Shown: one piece after another, positions 26,712-32,000 of the stretch
Numbering within the stretch: position 1 is the first letter of the stretch
Layout of the letters: each line of letters starts with the position of its first letter
Source of the DNA: Candidatus Methylomirabilis limnetica
GTDB lineage: Bacteria; Methylomirabilota; Methylomirabilia; Methylomirabilales; Methylomirabilaceae
Length of the DNA: 32,000 nucleotides
Direction of reading: 5' to 3'
Assembly (NCBI RefSeq): GCF_003044035.1
Contig: NZ_NVQC01000009.1
Location: 1 to 32,000 of the forward strand
The notes under the pieces: model-generated
What the model was told of the DNA's origin: nothing
Databases searched by the model: none
What the model saw: the letters and a program-made list of their open reading frames with translations, nothing else
Translations under genes and position numbers: made by a program

Positions 26712-27881
26712 ATGGGCATCTACCTTGACTACAATGCCACTACCCCGATGCGGCCAGAGGTGCTGGACGCGATGAAGCCGTATTTCGATTCGCGCTTTGG
26801 CAATGCCAGCTCGACCCACAGCCGGGGCAGGGAGGCCAAGCGGGCACTGGAAGAGGCGCGCGAGACCATCGCGTCAGCGTTTGGGGCGCGGGAGAAAGAG
26901 AGCGTCGTCTTTGTGTCTGGGGGAACGGAGGCAGACAACCTGGCCGTCAAGGGTGCCGCCTGGGCCGCCCGGGAGCGAGGCCGACATATCGTCACCTCGG
27001 CGGTCGAGCATCCGGCGGTGATCAGCGCCTGCCAAGCCCTTGAGCAGCAAGGGTTCGAGATCACCTATTTGCCGGTCGACGGAGAGGGGCTGATCGATCC
27101 GGAGATGGTCAAGGGGAGCCTCCGGACCGACACAACGGTAATCTCCTTGATGCACGCCAACAACGAGACCGGGGTCATCTTTCCGATTTCCGAGATCGGG
27201 CAGCTCGCGCGTGAGCGCGGAATTGTCTTTCACGCAGACGCCGTCCAGGCGTTCGGTCGCCTGCCGGTCGATGTCGAAGCCCAGGGGGTAACTTTGCTTA
27301 CCCTGTCAGGCCATAAGATTTACGGGCCGAAGGGGATCGGGGTCCTCTACGTCCGTCCAGGGACAAGGATCGTCCCCCAAATGCATGGGGGGGAGCAAGA
27401 GCGAGGCGTGAGGGCCGGGACAGCGAACGTGGCGGCGGCCGTTGGCATGGCCTGCGCAGCAAGGCTCGCGATCGAATCGATGCAGACCGAGCGCCTCCGT
27501 CTGGGGATGCTGAGAGACCGCCTTGAGGCGGGCATCCTGCATCGAATCGCGGGGACGCGGCGGAATGGCGATCGGGATCGACGGTTGCCCAACACCTCTA
27601 ACATCTCGTTTCAGGAGGTTCGGGAGGATTCGCTGATGGTTGCGCTGGATCTGGAAGGGGTCGAGGTCTCCGCAGGCGCCGCCTGCGCCTCCGGTTCCCT
27701 TGAGCCGTCGCACGTGCTGCACGCGATGGGCCGGAGGCCTGATACCGACGGCGGCGGGATTCGGTTTTCCTTGGGCGCGGGAACGACGGAGGCCGAGATC
27801 CAGAGGGTCCTTGACCTCCTGCCGGGGGTTGTGGAGCGAATCCGCACTGCAACACTACAGGGTGTAGGGGTTAGGGTATAG
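26712..27881 (+). CDS. cysteine desulfurase (NifS/IscS class V aminotransferase)
   Basis: LDYNATTP, PLP-lysine motif SGHKIYGPKG, catalytic Cys SAGAACASG. Start trimmed to ATG 26712 (GTGGAG Shine-Dalgarno); the upstream extension is repeat-derived. Confidence 0.9.
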   Translation: MGIYLDYNATTPMRPEVLDAMKPYFDSRFGNASSTHSRGREAKRALEEARETIASAFGAREKESVVFVSGGTEADNLAVKGAAWAARERGRHIVTSAVEHPAVISACQALEQQGFEITYLPVDGEGLIDPEMVKGSLRTDTTVISLMHANNETGVIFPISEIGQLARERGIVFHADAVQAFGRLPVDVEAQGVTLLTLSGHKIYGPKGIGVLYVRPGTRIVPQMHGGEQERGVRAGTANVAAAVGMACAARLAIESMQTERLRLGMLRDRLEAGILHRIAGTRRNGDRDRRLPNTSNISFQEVREDSLMVALDLEGVEVSAGAACASGSLEPSHVLHAMGRRPDTDGGGIRFSLGAGTTEAEIQRVLDLLPGVVERIRTATLQGVGVRV

Positions 27882-27933
27882 GGTAAAAGCAAATGCTAAC
27901 CTGCGAATCCTCACAGTGCGCCCTCCACCCTGG
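27858..27933. repeat. heptamer-word inverted repeat (TAGGGT family) overlapping the cysteine desulfurase 3' end
   Basis: cagggtgtaggggttagggtatagggt (27858-27884) ... gccctccaccctgg (27920-27933). Confidence 0.7.
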
Positions 27934-27957
27934 TCCTAAAAGGTAGGAACGCACTCC

Positions 27958-29061
27958 ATGAGCCGTAAGCCGAGAGTCGTCGTAGCGATGAGCGGCGGGG
28001 TTGACAGTGCCGTGGCTGCCGCCCTCCTTATAGAGCAAGGGTGTGAGGTAGTCGGGATCAGCCTGAAGCTTTTGCCCGGGGGGGCGGGGAGTGGCTTGGA
28101 GCGGGTCGATCGCTGCTGCTCCGTCAAGGATGTCGAGGACGCAAGGCTCGTGGCCGCGCAGCTCGGGATCCCCTATTACGTCTTGAATTATGAGCAGCAA
28201 TTTCATCGCGAGGTGATCCAGGAGTTTACGGCCGCCTATCTGGGGGGCCTGACGCCGAATCCCTGCGTGCGCTGTAATGAGCTGCTGAAGTTCGGCGCTC
28301 TGCTCCGGCAGGCGGTGGGGCTGGGGGCCGAGTGCTTGGCGACCGGACATTATGCGCGGGTCGAACGGGAGCAGAAGAGCGGTCGCTACCTGTTGCGCCG
28401 CGGAAGCGACCATGAGAGAGACCAGAGCTATTTTCTGTACAGTTTGACTCAGGCCCAGCTTGCCCGAATCTGCTTTCCCGTTGGTCACATGACTAAAGAA
28501 CAGGTCCGGGAACAGGCTGCCGCCCATGGTTTGAGAATCGCCGCCAAGGCCGACAGCCAGGATCTCTGCTTTGTCGGCCGGGATTATCGGACCTTCCTGC
28601 GGGAGCAGTGTGGGGATCGCCTGAGACCGGGCCCGATTATAGACCGTGCTGGTCGGATTCTTGGGCAGCACGAGGGCCTGGCGCTCTATACCGTAGGCCA
28701 GCGGAATGGTCTGAGGCTTGGGGGCGGCCCTTTTTACGTCGTCCGGCTTGACCCGAAGAGCAACGAAGTCGTGGTGGGCAAAATGGATGAGCTGCTGCGG
28801 TCGGAATTTGTGGCCGAGCAGCTCAACCTCGTGGCGTGGGATCACCTGATCCCGGAACGCCCCGTACTGGTGAAGGTTCGCTCCCGCCAGGCCGCGATGC
28901 CGGCCACAATCTTGCCCCTCGGCGATGGCCGGATACGGGTCCGATGGCAGCAGGCCCAGCCCGCTCCTGCGCCAGGCCAGGCGGCAGTGTTCTATGATGC
29001 GTCGGAGCCCGATCTGCTCGTTGGTGGCGCCACGATTGCGGCAGCCCAGGAGTCGCAGTGA
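27958..29061 (+). CDS. mnmA: tRNA-specific 2-thiouridylase MnmA
   Basis: PP-loop [10 protein letters not shown], conserved NPCVRCN and DQSYFL motifs; 367 aa; adjacent to the cysteine desulfurase. Confidence 0.93.
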   Translation: MSRKPRVVVAMSGGVDSAVAAALLIEQGCEVVGISLKLLPGGAGSGLERVDRCCSVKDVEDARLVAAQLGIPYYVLNYEQQFHREVIQEFTAAYLGGLTPNPCVRCNELLKFGALLRQAVGLGAECLATGHYARVEREQKSGRYLLRRGSDHERDQSYFLYSLTQAQLARICFPVGHMTKEQVREQAAAHGLRIAAKADSQDLCFVGRDYRTFLREQCGDRLRPGPIIDRAGRILGQHEGLALYTVGQRNGLRLGGGPFYVVRLDPKSNEVVVGKMDELLRSEFVAEQLNLVAWDHLIPERPVLVKVRSRQAAMPATILPLGDGRIRVRWQQAQPAPAPGQAAVFYDASEPDLLVGGATIAAAQESQ

Positions 29062-29171
29062 GTGCCGGCGACCTTAGGGCTTCTGGCGGGGCCAATTGTA
29101 CGGGTTTGAGTAAGGCGCATGTACATACCGGAGCGTCGGGAGTACAAGGACGAAAAGGGCGAGGGGTGTGA

Positions 29172-30409
29172 ATGCGGAAGCAGATTCCGATCGAGCAGTT
29201 AAGGGTCGGGATGTATGTCGTCGGGCTTGATAGGTCCTGGATTAAGACGCCCTTCTGGCGCCATAGGATGCAGGTTGAGAGCCTCGACCATATCGAGGCG
29301 TTGCGGGCCTGTGGTGTCCGATCCGTAGAGATCGATACGGAGAAGGGACTGGACCTCGCCTCTCAAGGCGGCATCGTCAGTACGGTCGATCCCTCTTCGG
29401 CCCGCATAGCAGCCCTCTCGTCCTCACGCGCGTCTTCGCCGCAAGGCAAGGAGCCATCGACCCCGTTCGAGGAAGAGCTTTCTGTCGCCAAAGAGGTCTA
29501 TAAGCAGGCCAAAGTGGTGATAGGCCAGGCCATGGGCGATGCGCGGGAAGGCCGAGGGCTCGACATCGAGGCGATCAGTAAGGTCTCAGAGGGGCTGCTG
29601 GAGAGCGTCCTGCGCAACACGGAGGCCCTCTCCAGCCTCTCGCGCCTCAAAAGCTTTGACGAGTACACCTTCTTCCATTCGGTCAACGTGGCTATCTTGG
29701 CCCTCGCGATGGGTCGGCATCTCGGGATGCCCCGCGAAGCCCTCTCCAGACTTGGCTTGGGGGCATTACTGCACGATATCGGAAAGATGAAGATTCCCCA
29801 TGACCTCTTGAACGCACCAAGGCGCCTGGAGGCGGGGGAGCGGGAGATTATCAAGCAGCATGTCATGCGGGGGGCGGAGTACTTGTCGCAGCACGCCGTC
29901 CTGCCGGAGGAGACCCTTCGACCCCTCTTAGAGCATCATGAACGGGTGGATGGGAGCGGCTACCCCACTGGCCGGAGGCGGAAGGAATTGAGTCAGTTTG
30001 GCCTGATCGCAAGCATAGTAGACATCTACGATGCCATCACCGCTGATCGTGTCTACCACGAAGGGGTGCCCCCCATCAGGCTTTGAGACAGGTGTATGGG
30101 CTGGCCATTGAAGGACACCTCGATCTCGACGCGGTGAGGGGACTCATCCAGTGCCTCGGCCGCTACCCCGTTGGGAGCTGTGTTAGGCTCTCGACGGGAG
30201 AGATCGGGGTGGTGAGCCGGCCGAACCTTGCCGATCTCTCTAAGCCGGCGCTGCTTCTGGTCATGGATGGGAGCACCCCGTGTCGACCACCAAAGCCCTT
30301 CGACCTCGCCGAACAGCCCACACGGCCCTCACGCGCTATTGTGGCTACGCTGGACCCGCGCCAGATCGGAATCGACCCCAACCATGTACTTGACAGTCTG
30401 TCTGCATGA
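29172..30409 (+). pseudogene. DUF3391 + HD-GYP domain c-di-GMP phosphodiesterase, interrupted by a -1 frameshift in a C6 run (30069-30074)
   Basis: ORF 29172..30086 ends ...DRVYHEGVPPIRL*. ORF 30083..30409, read upstream in its own frame, gives ...PHQALRQVYGLAIEGHLD..., the expected continuation. One extra C would fuse them into about 412 aa. HD (HDIGK) and HHERVDGSGYP motifs are present. Confidence 0.7.
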
Positions 30410-30595
30410 TCAGTGGCCCACATGGGTTGTAGTTGAATGTGGGGCTCCATGATGAAGCCCTTCGCAGAGAAAAGAAGGCATCGATCGCGCTACGGTGGAA
30501 GGAGAGGGGGACGATATCTTCTACTACCGGGGTCACTTCAAGCGCCTTACTCACGATAGCCTGGTGTAGCGTCCCATTAAATAGCTTTCCACATC

Positions 30596-30673
30596 CCGTT
30601 CGCCCTGAGCCTGTCGAAGGGTCAATATTTTCAACGGGTTCCGTCTGTGTTTCGACAGGCTCACCACGAACGG
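30596..30673. repeat. MITE/REP-like element with inverted arms CCGTTCG..TCGAA / TTCGA..CGAACGG (copy 2)
   Basis: ccgttcgccctgagcctgtcgaa (30596-30618) and ttcgacaggctcaccacgaacgg (30651-30673); arm order is inverted relative to copy 1 at 6483..6560. Confidence 0.75.
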
Positions 30674-30821
30674 ATTGTACGAGAGGGTGTAGCGGGGCGG
30701 GTTTGGGGGGCCAAAAAAGGCTTGACAAATCATGGCCCATCGGGCAAGCTGAATGGTCTTTAAGTTTTTGGGGCTGCCAGGTCCGGTTCAAGGGATCCGG
30801 CAGCGCTCTTTTACTGGTGGT

Positions 30822-31232
30822 ATGAACGAGCGGGAGCAGTTTGTCCGAGGCGCGCTGCTGGGCGCGCTGGGTCTCGTCGTGGCTGGGCTCATCGGTTTTG
30901 GGCTCTTCAGGATGTGGGACTGGGCTTTGGGCTTTGCCGCCGGCGCCATCGTAAGCCTGCTGAGCTTCAGGCTCATCGTGCTATCGGTGATCCGTTTCAC
31001 GGGGCGTCCCGCGTCTCGGTCGCGTGGTCAGTGGATCTGGTGGGCCCGATCTCTTTTGAGACTCCTCGGAGTCGCCATCATCCTCCTCCTCGTGATCATC
31101 TACCTGCCTGTAAATCTGGTTGGGGTGGCGCTGGGCCTTCTCGCGGTCCAGCTCGGGATGGGCGGGTATCTCGTTGTGCGTTCGTCGTTTTCGCAAAGCA
31201 GCAATGCCGGGACGGAGGATCGGAAGCTATGA
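30822..31232 (+). CDS. small hydrophobic protein, ATP synthase protein I-like
   Basis: 136 aa from ATG 30822, 3-4 TM segments; its stop overlaps the atpF ATG (ATGA). Assignment rests on position and hydrophobicity only. Confidence 0.45.
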   Translation: MNEREQFVRGALLGALGLVVAGLIGFGLFRMWDWALGFAAGAIVSLLSFRLIVLSVIRFTGRPASRSRGQWIWWARSLLRLLGVAIILLLVIIYLPVNLVGVALGLLAVQLGMGGYLVVRSSFSQSSNAGTEDRKL

Positions 31233-31831
31233 CGAAGAATCGCATCCGACTTATCGCAGTGGTGGTCTGCTTCCTCGGCATGGCGCTCTTCGCGGCCTTC
31301 CCTGCCCTGGCCGCAGAGGAGGCCCATGGAGCGGAGCAGCCCGGGATCATCAACCTGAACAGGACGTTGCTCATTCAGGCTGTGAACTTTCTCATTTTGA
31401 TCGCCGTGCTGTCCAGGTTCTTGTTCAAGCCGCTCACTCAGTTTCTGGCGACACGGGCCGATGGCATCAGGCGTTCTTTGGAGGAGGCGAAGACAGCCAG
31501 AGATGCCGCAGCCCAGACGCAGAAAGAGTACGAAGCGCAGATTCTCGCCACCCGGCGAGAGGCGGCCGCGATGCGAGAGTCGGCGATCCGTGAGGTGGAG
31601 GAGGAACGGCAGCGGTTACTCAAGGTGTCGCGTGAAGAGGCCGCGCGCCTCGTCACAGAGGCCAAAGCGCAGATCGAGCAGGAAGTGAAAAGGGCCAAGA
31701 TCGAGCTTCGCGAGGAGGTGGTGGGCCTCTCGCTGGGGATCACGGAGCGCCTCATTGCCCGTAGCCTCACCGCCGATGATCACCGTCGACTGGCCGAACA
31801 GGTAGCGGCGGAGATCGGGGTCGCCCGGTGA
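31229..31831 (+). CDS. atpF: F0F1 ATP synthase subunit b
   Basis: N-terminal TM helix followed by a long Ala/Glu/Arg-rich helix (EEAKTARDAAAQTQKEYEAQI...), 200 aa. Confidence 0.85.
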   Translation: MTKNRIRLIAVVVCFLGMALFAAFPALAAEEAHGAEQPGIINLNRTLLIQAVNFLILIAVLSRFLFKPLTQFLATRADGIRRSLEEAKTARDAAAQTQKEYEAQILATRREAAAMRESAIREVEEERQRLLKVSREEAARLVTEAKAQIEQEVKRAKIELREEVVGLSLGITERLIARSLTADDHRRLAEQVAAEIGVAR

Positions 31832-32000
31832 GGGCTGGCGGCCTCTCCAGGCGGTACGCGAAGGCGCTGGTGGACGTCGCAGCCGATCAACAGGTGCTGG
31901 AGGCGGTTGGGCGCGATCTCCATACGGTTGCGGAGACCATGAAACGGAATCGTGAGGCCGCCACCTTCTTCGCGAGCCCCGCCGTCCCGCTGACAGATAA
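31828..32000 (+). CDS. atpH: F0F1 ATP synthase subunit delta (OSCP), 5' fragment running off the window
   Basis: GTG start overlapping the atpF stop (GTGA); open to the window end; VRAGGLSRRYAKALVDVA...FFASPAVPLTD matches the delta N-terminus. Confidence 0.7.
   Translation, partial: MRAGGLSRRYAKALVDVAADQQVLEAVGRDLHTVAETMKRNREAATFFASPAVPLTD

Noticed and set aside
30722-30750. TTGACA hexamer at 30722-30727 as a possible atp promoter
   Set aside because: No acceptable -10 hexamer lies at 16-19 nt spacing (caagct / aagctg), so it is not supported.

Overview
GC-rich bacterial chromosomal segment (taxon not assignable from sequence alone) centred on a probable replication origin at about 19.7-20.1 kb. 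Every gene left of that point is on the - strand. In transcription order these are dnaN, gyrB, gyrA, serS, five tRNA-Ser, hldD, a long SRP RNA, dnaX, ybaB, recR, tRNA-Asn, GTP-PEPCK, a small Cys protein, a CYTH protein and a Bacillus-order mtnW-X-B-D methionine-salvage operon with a RuBisCO-like enolase. Every gene right of it is on the + strand: rpmH, rnpA, yidD, yidC, rsmG, parS-parA-parB-parS, a DUF4013 membrane protein, bactofilin, cysteine desulfurase, mnmA, a frameshifted HD-GYP gene and atpI-like/atpF/atpH. The coding content is ordinary housekeeping; I see no defence island, CRISPR array, transposase or obviously novel protein system. The unusual signals are non-coding and organisational. 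(1) dnaA and recF are absent from the origin neighbourhood. (2) serS is followed by a complete set of tRNA-Ser isoacceptors. (3) Most intergenic spacers are filled with heptamer-periodic degenerate tandem repeats in several word families, usually as inverted arms. (4) There are two families of multi-hairpin MITE/REP-like elements, one with shuffled hairpin modules. (5) A C6 homopolymer splits the HD-GYP gene. Coordinates were derived by hand and could be off by a few nt for RNA and repeat ends.
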